A DNA stretch of 64,000 nt from Candidatus Heimdallarchaeota archaeon. Its GTDB lineage: Archaea; Asgardarchaeota; Heimdallarchaeia; Heimdallarchaeales; Heimdallarchaeaceae. How positions within the stretch are numbered: position 1 is the first letter of the stretch; every line of letters begins with the position of its first letter. The notes beneath the pieces were generated by a model that ran no database searches, was not told the DNA's origin, and saw only the letters and a list, made by a program, of their open reading frames with translations. The stretch spans positions 1-64,000 of the forward strand of contig JAEOTE010000007.1 of the NCBI GenBank assembly GCA_016839945.1, in the 5' to 3' direction. A program made the translations under genes and the position numbers. Shown in pieces: positions 27,526 to 38,149 of the stretch.

Positions 27526-29778
27526 ATGAATATTAATGATCTTCCTATTCCTCAAGTTATTAAAGAAAAATTAAAAGAAGATGGAATAGAGTCATTATAT
27601 CCTCCTCAAGTAGATGCAATCAAGAAAGGACTTCTTGAAGGAAATAATCTTGTCGTAGCAGTTCCTACAGCTTCTGGAAAAACACTAATAGCACTTCTTG
27701 CCTGTATTAAAGCATTAGAAGAAACAGGATTAAAAACGCTTTATTTATCCCCTTTAAGAGCTCTAGCATATGAGAAATATATGGAATTTCGTTCATATCT
27801 TGACCTACTAGGTAAGCGAACCATTCTTTTAACTGGTGATTACGATACAGAAGACTCTAATGCAAAATATGCAGACGCCATAATTGCAACTAATGAAAAG
27901 ATAGATTCTGCTATAAGACATCAAGCAAAATGGGTAAACCAAATTGGCTTGGTAGTTTCAGACGAAATACATCTTATAAACGATGCAACTAGAGGACCTA
28001 CATTAGAAGTTGTTTTAGCTCAATTAAGAAAAGTTAGTAGAACACAAATTCTAGCATTAAGTGCAACAATAAAAAATGCAGATGAAATTGCTAGATGGTT
28101 GGAAGCTGGATTAGTTTCAAGTGATTGGAGACCTGTGAAGTTAAATGAAGGTGTTCTCTTAGATAACAAAATAAAGTACAAAGAGAACAGAGAAGTAAAA
28201 ATACCTTTACAATATAAGAATAGTTTTACTAATTTAATAAATCACATCATTAAACAAGGGAATCAAGCACTGGTATTTGGAACTACTAGAAATATGGCAG
28301 AATCAACAGCAAGAAATCTAACTGCTAGAGTAAACAAATCGTTAACTATAGAAGAAAAACAAAAATTAAAGGCAGCATCTAGTGAGATTTTAAGAACTGG
28401 AGAGCAGACTAAACAATCAAAAAATTTAGCAAAACTAGTGGAACAAGGAGTATCATATCACCATGCTGGTTTGAGTCCAAGCCAAAGAAGGATAATAGAG
28501 AAAAATTTCAAACAAGGAAATATCAAAATTCTTGGATCTACTCCAACTTTAGCTGCAGGAATTAATTTACCAGCTCGGTATGTAATAATCAAGAGTGTTT
28601 ACCGTTATGACGTAACTTTAGGGAGCTACCCTATACCCGTATTAGAATTTAAGCAACAATCCGGAAGGGCAGGTAGACCACAGTATGATAAAGAGGGAGA
28701 TGCTATTGTTATAGCGAAGAACGAATATGATGCGGAAGGTCTTTATCATAGGTATATTGAAGCTGAAACAGAGGATATAGAATCCAGAATTGCTGCAGAA
28801 CCAGCGTTAAGAAGAATAGTACTGGGTCAAATTGCAACAGATAATACTCAGACTATAGATGAACTAGTTGATTTCATTGGGCAAACATTCTATGGACATA
28901 AAGAAGATCCAACAAGCTTAAGTAGCATACTTAGAAAAGTTATAAAATTTCTTCAAGAAGAAGCTTTGATAACTAATGATCCTGAATATTTGATTCCTAC
29001 AAGTTTTGGAAGAAGAGTTAGTCAATTATATATTGACCCATTAAGTGGCATAATCATCAGAGATGGATTGATGAGAGCTAATACAAAGGCTAAAGAATTA
29101 CTAACTGATATGAGTTTCTTACATTTAGTGTGTGCAACCCCAGATGTAAGATATGTTACAATCAAGAAAAACGACGCTATAGCTATAATCAATTATATGA
29201 GTGACCATGAAGATGAAATTTTACCACCACTTCCTGTAGATTCTTTTGAACTAGAACTTTTTATGAGTCAACTAAAAACCGCACTGATTCTTCAAGATTG
29301 GATTTCAGAGACTCCTGAGGATTTAATTCTTGATAGACACAGTGTTGGCAGCGGAGATGTTTATTCTGTAGTTTCAAATGCAGAATGGTTACTTTATGCA
29401 ACTAGTGAAATAGCAAAATTACTTGGTTATTCAAACATATCAGTAAATGTTTCTAGCTTACACAATAGGGTTGTTAATGGTATCAAAAATGAGTTAGTTG
29501 ACTTAGTTCAAATTCCAGGTATTGGTCGTGTAAGATCCAGATTATTGTTTGATAAAGGATACAAAACAAGAGAGATACTTAAAGAAACAGATCCAAAAGA
29601 AATACTCAAGATTCCTGGTTTTGGAACAGAATTAGTTAGAGCAATTTTTCTTCACTTGCTAGGAGAAAAATTTTCAGAAAAAGATATAGGAAAAAATCTT
29701 GAATTGAAGGATACAGAAATTGAAGAAACTACTATCTCATTTCCACAAAAATCTTTGGATGACTTTTTCTCAAAATAG
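27526..29778 (+). CDS. hel308: Hel308/Hjm Ski2-like SF2 DNA helicase
   Basis: PTASGKT, DEIH, LSAT, HHAGL, TPTLAAGINLP, QQSGRAGRP, HhH repeats, C-terminal PIP box QKSLDDFF. Confidence 0.93.
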   Translation: MNINDLPIPQVIKEKLKEDGIESLYPPQVDAIKKGLLEGNNLVVAVPTASGKTLIALLACIKALEETGLKTLYLSPLRALAYEKYMEFRSYLDLLGKRTILLTGDYDTEDSNAKYADAIIATNEKIDSAIRHQAKWVNQIGLVVSDEIHLINDATRGPTLEVVLAQLRKVSRTQILALSATIKNADEIARWLEAGLVSSDWRPVKLNEGVLLDNKIKYKENREVKIPLQYKNSFTNLINHIIKQGNQALVFGTTRNMAESTARNLTARVNKSLTIEEKQKLKAASSEILRTGEQTKQSKNLAKLVEQGVSYHHAGLSPSQRRIIEKNFKQGNIKILGSTPTLAAGINLPARYVIIKSVYRYDVTLGSYPIPVLEFKQQSGRAGRPQYDKEGDAIVIAKNEYDAEGLYHRYIEAETEDIESRIAAEPALRRIVLGQIATDNTQTIDELVDFIGQTFYGHKEDPTSLSSILRKVIKFLQEEALITNDPEYLIPTSFGRRVSQLYIDPLSGIIIRDGLMRANTKAKELLTDMSFLHLVCATPDVRYVTIKKNDAIAIINYMSDHEDEILPPLPVDSFELELFMSQLKTALILQDWISETPEDLILDRHSVGSGDVYSVVSNAEWLLYATSEIAKLLGYSNISVNVSSLHNRVVNGIKNELVDLVQIPGIGRVRSRLLFDKGYKTREILKETDPKEILKIPGFGTELVRAIFLHLLGEKFSEKDIGKNLELKDTEIEETTISFPQKSLDDFFSK

Positions 29779-29812
29779 CGATACCTTAAATAACTTTCAT
29801 GAAACATATTGA

Positions 29813-30385
29813 TTGATAGAAGTGATCTCTGAAGATCTTATCTTAGAAGAAATAGAACGAATTCAGCATGATTTTGAGGACCTTGATGTTGAAGTAAAAT
29901 GTGAAGAATCTTTTGATGAATTTGATATTGGAGGAAAAAAAATCAGACTTGTAAAAAGATCAACAATAAAATTACCATATTGGTTAGCTGTTCTTCTTGA
30001 AGAAGAGAAATATGTTACGATTATTAATCCTCCAAAAATTGATAGAATAATACTAAACACAAAAAGGGTAGAAGAGGAGAAAAATCCGTATAAGCTTCAA
30101 GATATCGATAAATACTTCTATTTATCTGCAAAAAAAACTTACCAAGAATTAGTTGAAAAAGGTAAGATGGCATCTGCTAAAGATAAGGAAACAATGGAGA
30201 AAGAGTTATTTAGATTATTAAGAATGAGACTTCCAAAAATTGTTAAAATGGCTGAAACTGATGGAATGAATATCAGTAGTCAATCACGTAATTTAACACC
30301 TGAAGAACGTTGGTTGTGTAAACTTATCGCCCATGCAGTCAATAAGTGGAGTAAATCAGTTAATTTTGATATCGATGTAGATTAG
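29813..30385 (+). CDS. GINS subunit (Gins23/Psf2-like)
   Basis: LPYWLA B-domain, YFY, RLPKIV, NLTPEE; near mcm. Confidence 0.8.
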   Translation: MIEVISEDLILEEIERIQHDFEDLDVEVKCEESFDEFDIGGKKIRLVKRSTIKLPYWLAVLLEEEKYVTIINPPKIDRIILNTKRVEEEKNPYKLQDIDKYFYLSAKKTYQELVEKGKMASAKDKETMEKELFRLLRMRLPKIVKMAETDGMNISSQSRNLTPEERWLCKLIAHAVNKWSKSVNFDIDVD

Positions 30386-30425
30386 ATTACTACAAAGAGG
30401 TAATATTTATATCAAAGATTGTTAT

Positions 30426-32048
30426 ATGCATAATGTGCCAAAGTATATCTTTATTTGTGGAGCTTTAATTTCAGGTTTAGGGAAAGGAGTTGTAACTTCC
30501 TCTGTTGGAAGGAACCTTCAGATTAGAGGTAAGAAAATTAATGTCATTAAAATTGATCCTTATCTCAATATTGATGCAGGAACAATGAATCCTTATGAAC
30601 ATGGTGAAACTTTTGTTACAGCTGACGGATCAGAAATTGATGTTGATTTCGGTCATTATGAAAGAATGTTAAACCTAGAGATGAGAGGAGATCAAAATAT
30701 AACCACAGGACAAGTTTACTTATCTGTCATTGAGAATGAAAGAAAAGGAGAATTTTTAGGAAAAACTGTTCAAGTAATACCTCACATTACTGATGAAATA
30801 AAGAAAAGGATTAAGAGTATTGCTGACATAGATCCCGATTTAGATGCTTTAATAATAGAAGTAGGAGGGACTATAGGTGATATCGAAAGTCAGCATTTTC
30901 TTGAAGCTATTAGACAGCTAAGAAGAGAAACACCAAGTGAAGATTCTCTTGTTGTTCTAGTGACTTATATCATGGAACCTTCAAACCTGAAAGAACAAAA
31001 AACTAAACCTACTCAACATGCTGTAAGAGAATTACAATCGATGGGATTAAGTCCTGATATCGTTGTAACTCGAGGAACAAATGCATTAACAGAAAAAGCA
31101 AAACAGAAAATTGTTATGTTTTGTGATGTTCCAGCAAATGCTGTTTTTTCATTACCTGATTTAAATAATGTATTAGAAGCTCCTGCTTTTCTTGATAAAC
31201 AAGGATTTGGATCAACTCTGAATTTAAAATTAAGATTTGAAGATTTTTCAGCTGATTGGTCTGAAGATATGAGATTGATGGAGAAATTCACAACTGCTGA
31301 TGATACTATACACATCGCAATTACAGGAAAGTATACTGAATTAGCAGATTCATACATTAGCGTAAAAGAAGCAATAAAGCATGCAGCTGCACATAATAAT
31401 GTATTTGCTGCTATAGATTTTGTATCTACAGAAGAATATGAAGAATATCCAGATAGGATTCATGAGTTAAATAAATATGATGGTATTTTAGTTCCAGGTG
31501 GATTCGGTTCACGTGGAGCTGAAGGTAAGATTAATGTTATAAAATATGCAAGAGAAAACCAGATTCCTTTTCTTGGAATTTGTTTTGGTTTTCAATTAGC
31601 AGTCATAGAATATGCAAGAAATCTATGCTCTCTTGATGATGCAAATACTTCAGAAATAAACCAACAGACACCTCATCCAGTAATCGACCTCCTTCCTGAA
31701 CAAATTGATGTAGATAAGAAAGGAGGAACAATGAGATTAGGAAAACACAGAATCATTCTTGATGAAAATACTCGATTTCATAACATGTACAAGCAAAACT
31801 CAATAGAGGAAAGACATCGTCATAGATATGAAGTTAACCCATCTTACATCAAACAAATAAGCGAGAAAGGATTAATTTTTTCAGGTCGTTCAGAGGATGG
31901 TATAAGAATGGAAACACTAGAACTTCCGCAACATGAATGTTTCATAGCTGCACAATTTCATCCTGAATTTCAATCCCATCCAGAAAAGCCATCTCCACCT
32001 TACTATGAATTCATTCTAGCTGCTAAAACTCGCTCAAAGAAGCGATAA
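30426..32048 (+). CDS. pyrG: CTP synthase
   Basis: SGLGKG, DPYLNIDAGTM, KTKPTQH, GICFG, RHRHRYE, QFHPE. Confidence 0.97.
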   Translation: MHNVPKYIFICGALISGLGKGVVTSSVGRNLQIRGKKINVIKIDPYLNIDAGTMNPYEHGETFVTADGSEIDVDFGHYERMLNLEMRGDQNITTGQVYLSVIENERKGEFLGKTVQVIPHITDEIKKRIKSIADIDPDLDALIIEVGGTIGDIESQHFLEAIRQLRRETPSEDSLVVLVTYIMEPSNLKEQKTKPTQHAVRELQSMGLSPDIVVTRGTNALTEKAKQKIVMFCDVPANAVFSLPDLNNVLEAPAFLDKQGFGSTLNLKLRFEDFSADWSEDMRLMEKFTTADDTIHIAITGKYTELADSYISVKEAIKHAAAHNNVFAAIDFVSTEEYEEYPDRIHELNKYDGILVPGGFGSRGAEGKINVIKYARENQIPFLGICFGFQLAVIEYARNLCSLDDANTSEINQQTPHPVIDLLPEQIDVDKKGGTMRLGKHRIILDENTRFHNMYKQNSIEERHRHRYEVNPSYIKQISEKGLIFSGRSEDGIRMETLELPQHECFIAAQFHPEFQSHPEKPSPPYYEFILAAKTRSKKR

Positions 32049-32101
32049 ATATAGAGTTAAATTTTTCATTTAGTTAATATATTTAAAACTAAATATTATT
32101 A

Positions 32102-33268
32102 GTGGTCAGTAAAATGGGAGTAAATGAGAAAATAGATTTAGCAATTGATAAAATCTCTCAAAAAATTAAAACATATAATGAACATAGAAGATTGTTTCAA
32201 GATCTTTTTCGATCAGTAAAGCGCTCACTTAATCCTTCAGAATTTCCAAGTGCGTTTGGAATTCAAACTTCAGATATTAGCTTTACAACAGAGGTGTCTG
32301 AAACAAATGTTGAAGGATTAAAAATTGCAGGAGTAGATGGAGGAGTTATTCATCGTTCTTTAAACTTCTTTGATATTGCTCTTATTAGAGCAGTAGGTGT
32401 ATTGTTTTATTATCGAAAGGAAAATAATCCCATTGTCAACTATTTTCCTGAAGAACAACCATTTCCAGATATCCTAACCAGCATCGAACCATTATCTCAA
32501 AATGAAATTGATGCTCTAATTTCAATGTGGAGAATACAAAAAGAAATTCGATGTTGTATTTCATTAGTTGAAGAAGATGTACCAGATATCATTATTTTAG
32601 ATGGTTCAGTTCTACCTTATGTTGAGTACAAATATATAAGTCAGAAGGATTTCTTAATGAATCAGTACAGAAACATAAAAACACTTTATAGAAGATTATA
32701 TACCCTGTGTAAGAAAAATAGAACTTTACTCTGTGGAGTGGTAAAAGATTCTCGTTCAGCTATTCTTACAGGTAAACTTTCACCACTTTTACCTCATTTA
32801 GGAAAACTCCCAGAATTTGAGAGATTGTTGAAAATTGACTACAGACCAATTATAAAACAATTACGAGATACAGATTTACTTTATCAGATTCTTGATAAAA
32901 ATGAACGAACTTTTGAGTTTTTCCTTTCAAAATTCAATGATGAGAGTGATAAAGATCTTGATAACTTTGATATTCACTGTTTTTATCTAAAAACTGCTGA
33001 ATTTGATACACCCTTAAGAGTTGAGTTTCCAATCCTTTTCTCTAATCAGCAAGAGACTTCGAAAAAAATAGCTTCTTTGGTTACTGCAGTATCGAAATAT
33101 AATCCAGAATATGGAATGCCTAGTGTAATAATAGAAGCAGATGCAAGAGCCAGATTACAAGAGACAGATGCAGACATTTTAATTGATGAAATTTCATCTA
33201 AGATTGGATACTCAAGTCATTCTCTCCAAAAAAGAAGGAACAGAATCCCATTCAAAACAGGTGATTAA
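32102..33268 (+). CDS. nurA: NurA 5'-3' nuclease
   Basis: AGVDGG, IILDGS, GVVKDS, YGMPSVIIEAD; precedes herA. Confidence 0.88.
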   Translation: MVSKMGVNEKIDLAIDKISQKIKTYNEHRRLFQDLFRSVKRSLNPSEFPSAFGIQTSDISFTTEVSETNVEGLKIAGVDGGVIHRSLNFFDIALIRAVGVLFYYRKENNPIVNYFPEEQPFPDILTSIEPLSQNEIDALISMWRIQKEIRCCISLVEEDVPDIIILDGSVLPYVEYKYISQKDFLMNQYRNIKTLYRRLYTLCKKNRTLLCGVVKDSRSAILTGKLSPLLPHLGKLPEFERLLKIDYRPIIKQLRDTDLLYQILDKNERTFEFFLSKFNDESDKDLDNFDIHCFYLKTAEFDTPLRVEFPILFSNQQETSKKIASLVTAVSKYNPEYGMPSVIIEADARARLQETDADILIDEISSKIGYSSHSLQKRRNRIPFKTGD

Positions 33269-34762
33269 ATGAGTGAAAAAAGTATAGGTACAGTTATAGT
33301 AGGTGAAGATAATTCACCAAACCCTTCAGAATTTAGTTTTGTTTTAACTAGAGATGAAGAAGAATTTCGATTGCAAAAAGGAATGTATATTGTTGTTCCA
33401 TCAGAGGATGGCAAAATAATAGCAACAATTTCAGACGTTTATAAAACTAATAGATATTTCTCTTCACCTTCTGCAGTTAGAGCATACGAAACTAGTGGAA
33501 AAACCATGGCTTCAATATTTCCAGCAGATAGATGGGAGCACATAATTGCTAGAGCAAAGACTATGGGAATAATGACAAAAATAGGAATTCAAAGACTTCT
33601 CTATCCAGTTTCTCCAGGAGAAACAGTATTCACCCCTGACACTGAGACTTTATCTAGATTTCTTGGATTGGAAAAGACAGATGGTTTACTTCTTGGTAAA
33701 ATTGATCAACACGATCTTGACGTAAGATTGAACTTGACTCGATTATTACAAAAGCATGTTGCTGTTCTAGCAATTTCTGGCGCGGGTAAATCATATACAG
33801 TTTCTGTGATATTGGAAGAGCTCCTTACTAGGAAGAAAGAACAGGGAAGAATTGCAGTTGTACTTTTTGATGTTCATGGAGAGTATAAAGGATTAGGGGA
33901 TGAAAAATCACCATTTCATAAGAAAACAGAAATCTTTCCTGGAGCCGTTATACAATTCGCAACTCACTCTATAAGGCCTGGACAATTTGCAGTTTTTGAA
34001 CCTCAAATAACACCTGTACAAACTAGAGAGCTCTATAGGATAAATCAAAAACTATTTCACGACAAAGTAAAGCAAGGAGAAGGCTACATTATTTCAGATA
34101 TAATTGCAGAATTAGAGAGTGATGACCAAATAAATCCAAGAAGCAAAGAAGCGCTCATTGGTTGGTTATATACATTAGAACGTACAAAATTATTTGGACT
34201 TGGAGAAAATCCTGCATTAGAAGAAATATTAGAACCAGGAAAACTGGTAATTTTTGACCTAAGTGAGTTTACAAGTATGAAACTTAAACAGATGATAGTG
34301 AGTTATATTCTGTATAGAATATTTGATTCGAGGAAAAAAGACACTGTACCTCCAACAGCTATTGTCTTGGAAGAAGGTCATCAATTCGCCCCAGAAGCGC
34401 GACTTGAATTAGCTATCTCTCGTCCCATAGTAGAAACTATAGCAAGAGAAGGAAGAAAGTTTTTCACCTCCCTTATTTTAGTAAGTCAAAGGCCTGTTAA
34501 ATTATCAACAACGACTCTAAGTCAATGCAATACTCACATTATAATGAATGTTCTTAATCCATATGATCTCGATTTTATAGGAAGGTCATCTGAAGGTATT
34601 GATAAAGCAACATTAAGTGCAATTACAACACTTGGTGTAGGAGAAGCGATAATTGCTGGCAATGCAGTTAATCAACCGATTTTTGTCAAAATCCGTGAAA
34701 GGAAAACAAAAACAATGAAAACAAAAACACTTGAAGAATCCGCAAAAAAGTATGATGTATGA
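33269..34762 (+). CDS. herA: HerA helicase/translocase
   Basis: HAS barrel, HVAVLAISGAGKS, DVHGEY, EEGH, AREGRKF, SQRP. Confidence 0.92.
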   Translation: MSEKSIGTVIVGEDNSPNPSEFSFVLTRDEEEFRLQKGMYIVVPSEDGKIIATISDVYKTNRYFSSPSAVRAYETSGKTMASIFPADRWEHIIARAKTMGIMTKIGIQRLLYPVSPGETVFTPDTETLSRFLGLEKTDGLLLGKIDQHDLDVRLNLTRLLQKHVAVLAISGAGKSYTVSVILEELLTRKKEQGRIAVVLFDVHGEYKGLGDEKSPFHKKTEIFPGAVIQFATHSIRPGQFAVFEPQITPVQTRELYRINQKLFHDKVKQGEGYIISDIIAELESDDQINPRSKEALIGWLYTLERTKLFGLGENPALEEILEPGKLVIFDLSEFTSMKLKQMIVSYILYRIFDSRKKDTVPPTAIVLEEGHQFAPEARLELAISRPIVETIAREGRKFFTSLILVSQRPVKLSTTTLSQCNTHIIMNVLNPYDLDFIGRSSEGIDKATLSAITTLGVGEAIIAGNAVNQPIFVKIRERKTKTMKTKTLEESAKKYDV

Positions 34763-34856
34763 ATTCGAAGACCTTAACTAAAATCCGTTAAACAAAATCT
34801 TTTTAAATTATAGTCCTTCCCTCAAATCATACAAATAAACAAAACTGGTGTATAAA

Positions 34857-35090
34857 ATGAGCAGTATTCCAATTAATTCGTTAAGAAAGGTTATCGGGCA
34901 AAGTATAATTATTAGATTAAAAGACAATGTAAAATACAAAGGAATACTGGAAAGTTTTGATCAACATATGAATTGTCATTTAAGCAATGCAATAGAAATA
35001 ATTGATAACGAAGAAGTTTCAAATTATGGTAATATTTTTGTTAGAGGAAACAACATCCTCTTAGTTCAGCTTTATGTAGATGAATTATAA
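34857..35090 (+). CDS. Sm-like archaeal protein (LSm)
   Basis: Sm1 GILESFDQHMN, Sm2 FVRGNNI. Confidence 0.92.
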   Translation: MSSIPINSLRKVIGQSIIIRLKDNVKYKGILESFDQHMNCHLSNAIEIIDNEEVSNYGNIFVRGNNILLVQLYVDEL

Positions 35091-35091
35091 A

Positions 35092-37203
35092 TTATTCATC
35101 ATTTTCTTTAGTTCTTTTCTTTCTTTCACGACTTATTGTTTCATCATACTCTTGTATTTCTCTTTCTCTTACTTTACGATAATCTTCAACTAATGAATCA
35201 AGGAAGTTTTCTTTTTTCTCTATAATTACTTCTTCTAGCTCTTGCTCAGCTTTCTCTATTAAATTTAGAAATTGATCTTCCTTTATTACAGCTATTTCAT
35301 CAATTCTTTTTATCTCAACATCTGAAATATCCGCTAGAGGGATTTGTTTTTCGATCAAAATTTTCTTAGCATAATACGAAAGTTGGTTTATGTTTCCTAT
35401 TATTGCTTTGATATTATAGGATAGAAGTTGTTCAGCTGTTTGACCTCCTCCTCCCGTTGTATCCAAAATTAAAACAGTATCTCCAGGACCCAATCCATAT
35501 GTTTTTACTGTATTTTCTATCTCTTCATTTGTGAATTTTTTAATTACTTTTATTGGTAACCATCCTTCTTGATTTCTTAACCATGTAACTTTTTTCAATT
35601 CCTCAACTCTATTCACATATCTTTCTAATTCATCTTCTAATTGCTTCATTTTTTCTTCAAGGAAGGAAATTTTGTTATCCTTTACAATAAACATTTTTTC
35701 TTTCTGAATCCTCTCGACATATTCAAATTTTCCTTCATCTAATTTCATCTGAAGATACTCTATTTTTTCTTCCATATCTCTATTTTCTAAATGTAACTCA
35801 CTGTTTTTTCTTCTTTCCCAGTCCAATTGTTCTTGAAGTAAATTGATTTTATTCCCTAACTCACTAATATCTGGAGATGCAGGTTTTACCGCTTTTTGAA
35901 CCACAGCTAAATCTTCAGCAATAACTGAATCTTCCGCTATCATTTTTTGAATCTCTTCTGTAGCTTCAACTGGTGATTTACCCTTAACAACGGAATCCTT
36001 GATTTCATCCCTTAAAGATTTGTCAAAATCATTGAAGTACTTTCTATCAATTTTTTCAAATTCTGCTTTGTAATTAGTGTAACCACGATAAGCAGAAGCT
36101 AAAGAATCACGTTGATGAGCATTTTTTACCATTACCCCTTGTTGCATCGCTAATTTTCTTGCTATATCATTTTTTTCTGATACTGTCATTACACTTCTTG
36201 GAGTATACAACTTGGAATTAAGAGTTGCTGAGATCTTTTCAACATAAGAAGGATAAGGATAGACATCAACACAAATTAGAGTTGGTTTTCCATAACGAGT
36301 AATTTGCCTTATGATCTGTCCTCTCGTTGCTTCTCTGTAACTTTCCACTTTCAAAATTCTTCCACTTAAATCTAGAATAGACAACCCTACAGTTAAACCT
36401 GGATCAATTCCAACAATTAGTCTTTTTAATGATGATTTTGTTTGAATCTGCTGTGAAAGAGGGATAAATTCTACTCTCTCCTTGTTCACTGGAAAAATTT
36501 TTACTTGATATAATTCACCTTTTTGTTTTCTGATTGTTTTAGTTATTTCCGATATTGGTGCATAAATACTAAAGACAACTTTTTGAGCTCCAAATTTGCT
36601 TTTTGCAGTTCTTTTATCATAATCCAATCGGAATTCTATCAGTTTTTCTTCAATCTTCTTTGCTTCTTGATTAACCGTTGTATCCATTAACCTGCTATAT
36701 CTTTTCTGAGACCATCCTCCTGGTCCTTTTGATTTAGCTCTTGAGATAATGATTTTTGTTTCATCCTCAAAGGGCTCGATTAGATATCCTAGTTTTTTAG
36801 AAGCTAATATTGCACAAGCTTCTGCAGCTGAAAGAGGTGTTAATTTTCCTGCAGGTTTTAATCCATGTTGACTCATTAATTTATGAAGAGAAGTAAATCC
36901 ATGAATAGGAGAACCTGTAATCTGTACTAATTTTGTGTTGGGTAAAAGCTGTAAACAAAGATGAGGAATCTGTGATGGTTTCTTAACTAGTTCATAGATG
37001 TTATCACTTACCAGAAAAACAGCTTGAGAACTTCTTACAATTCCTAAGAGTTTTTGTAAATTTACTTTCTCATATTTCTTGATGATTTCTTCTTTTTTTG
37101 CGTCATAAACACAAACAGCATAGTGTGATGATCTTGTAGGAGATTCTTGAGGTAGTATATCAACACCAACAATTATAGCATCTGTTTCCGCTATACAAAT
37201 CAC
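35092..37203 (-). CDS. DUF460/COG2433 RNase H-fold protein with coiled coil
   Basis: IVGVDI, GPGGWSQKRY, IVGIDPG, HQRDSLA. Confidence 0.85.
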   Translation of the reverse strand: MICIAETDAIIVGVDILPQESPTRSSHYAVCVYDAKKEEIIKKYEKVNLQKLLGIVRSSQAVFLVSDNIYELVKKPSQIPHLCLQLLPNTKLVQITGSPIHGFTSLHKLMSQHGLKPAGKLTPLSAAEACAILASKKLGYLIEPFEDETKIIISRAKSKGPGGWSQKRYSRLMDTTVNQEAKKIEEKLIEFRLDYDKRTAKSKFGAQKVVFSIYAPISEITKTIRKQKGELYQVKIFPVNKERVEFIPLSQQIQTKSSLKRLIVGIDPGLTVGLSILDLSGRILKVESYREATRGQIIRQITRYGKPTLICVDVYPYPSYVEKISATLNSKLYTPRSVMTVSEKNDIARKLAMQQGVMVKNAHQRDSLASAYRGYTNYKAEFEKIDRKYFNDFDKSLRDEIKDSVVKGKSPVEATEEIQKMIAEDSVIAEDLAVVQKAVKPASPDISELGNKINLLQEQLDWERRKNSELHLENRDMEEKIEYLQMKLDEGKFEYVERIQKEKMFIVKDNKISFLEEKMKQLEDELERYVNRVEELKKVTWLRNQEGWLPIKVIKKFTNEEIENTVKTYGLGPGDTVLILDTTGGGGQTAEQLLSYNIKAIIGNINQLSYYAKKILIEKQIPLADISDVEIKRIDEIAVIKEDQFLNLIEKAEQELEEVIIEKKENFLDSLVEDYRKVREREIQEYDETISRERKKRTKENDE

Positions 37204-37204
37204 C

Positions 37205-38098
37205 TCATTTTATTATGTAATCAATTACTGTTTCTACTTCTTCTGTTGTTATAGACCATTTTTTACCGAAGAAATCAAGAAGATGGGTAAAATCTCTTCG
37301 AAGCAAATTAACTGCTTCAGGGTGATCTGATGGGACAGCTTGAGGAAAATCTATTATAATTAGTGAGTCTCTTCTTATGTCATACAGCATATTGAATTCT
37401 GTTAAATCAGCATGAACCAAGTTATACTTCTGATAAAGTGTTTTTGCAAATTCAATTATTTTTTCAAGTAATTTTATTGGTTTCTTAGGGTATTGGACTT
37501 TTACCAGTTCAACTCCAGGAATAATGTTCATAACTATCATATGTCGGTTGTTCCCTTTTAGAACAGGTATTGGTAAGTTTTTATTTTGGAGTTTTAGCAA
37601 ATTTTCATACTCTCTTTTTGCAGCTATTTCAGCAACAGAGAACATTGAATAATGAAATTTTCCTTTAAGAAAATCTCTTTTTCTCTTAACTTTTTGAAAA
37701 CTAGCTCTACCTGTCCTATTAATTTTCAGCATCACTTCGTTATCTTCAAAATCGACTGCATAATAAATATCGCTTTCCTTTCCAACACCACTAGATCTTC
37801 CAACACCGTAAACTTTTTTGTCTATATACAATTTGTTTAAAGCTAGTGCATCAAAACCCGAAAGCGTTAATGTATATCCTACAAATTGCCCTGTCCATCT
37901 TCTGGTCAGTTTTAATTTATTTAATCTAGATAGATAAAGATCAACATCCTTTTCTCTATAACCTGAATAGTCTGCTACTTTCTCTTTAGGAGCATATTCT
38001 CCTTTCTTTAGAAGAGTTTCCACCATATGTAAGGTTCTAAGTTCTTCATTGGATAAATCTTTCAGAACTTTAGCTCCTCTTAGAGAAATTGGCATCAT
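37205..38098 (-). CDS. rio2: RIO2-type atypical protein kinase
   Basis: N-terminal wHTH (GYTLTLSGFDALAL), GVGKESDIY, HADLTEFN, IDFPQ. Confidence 0.9.
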   Translation of the reverse strand: MMPISLRGAKVLKDLSNEELRTLHMVETLLKKGEYAPKEKVADYSGYREKDVDLYLSRLNKLKLTRRWTGQFVGYTLTLSGFDALALNKLYIDKKVYGVGRSSGVGKESDIYYAVDFEDNEVMLKINRTGRASFQKVKRKRDFLKGKFHYSMFSVAEIAAKREYENLLKLQNKNLPIPVLKGNNRHMIVMNIIPGVELVKVQYPKKPIKLLEKIIEFAKTLYQKYNLVHADLTEFNMLYDIRRDSLIIIDFPQAVPSDHPEAVNLLRRDFTHLLDFFGKKWSITTEEVETVIDYIIK

Positions 38099-38149
38099 AA
38101 TGTTTTAAGAGCATAACTTAAAATGCTTTTCTTTCTTAAGGTAAATTGA

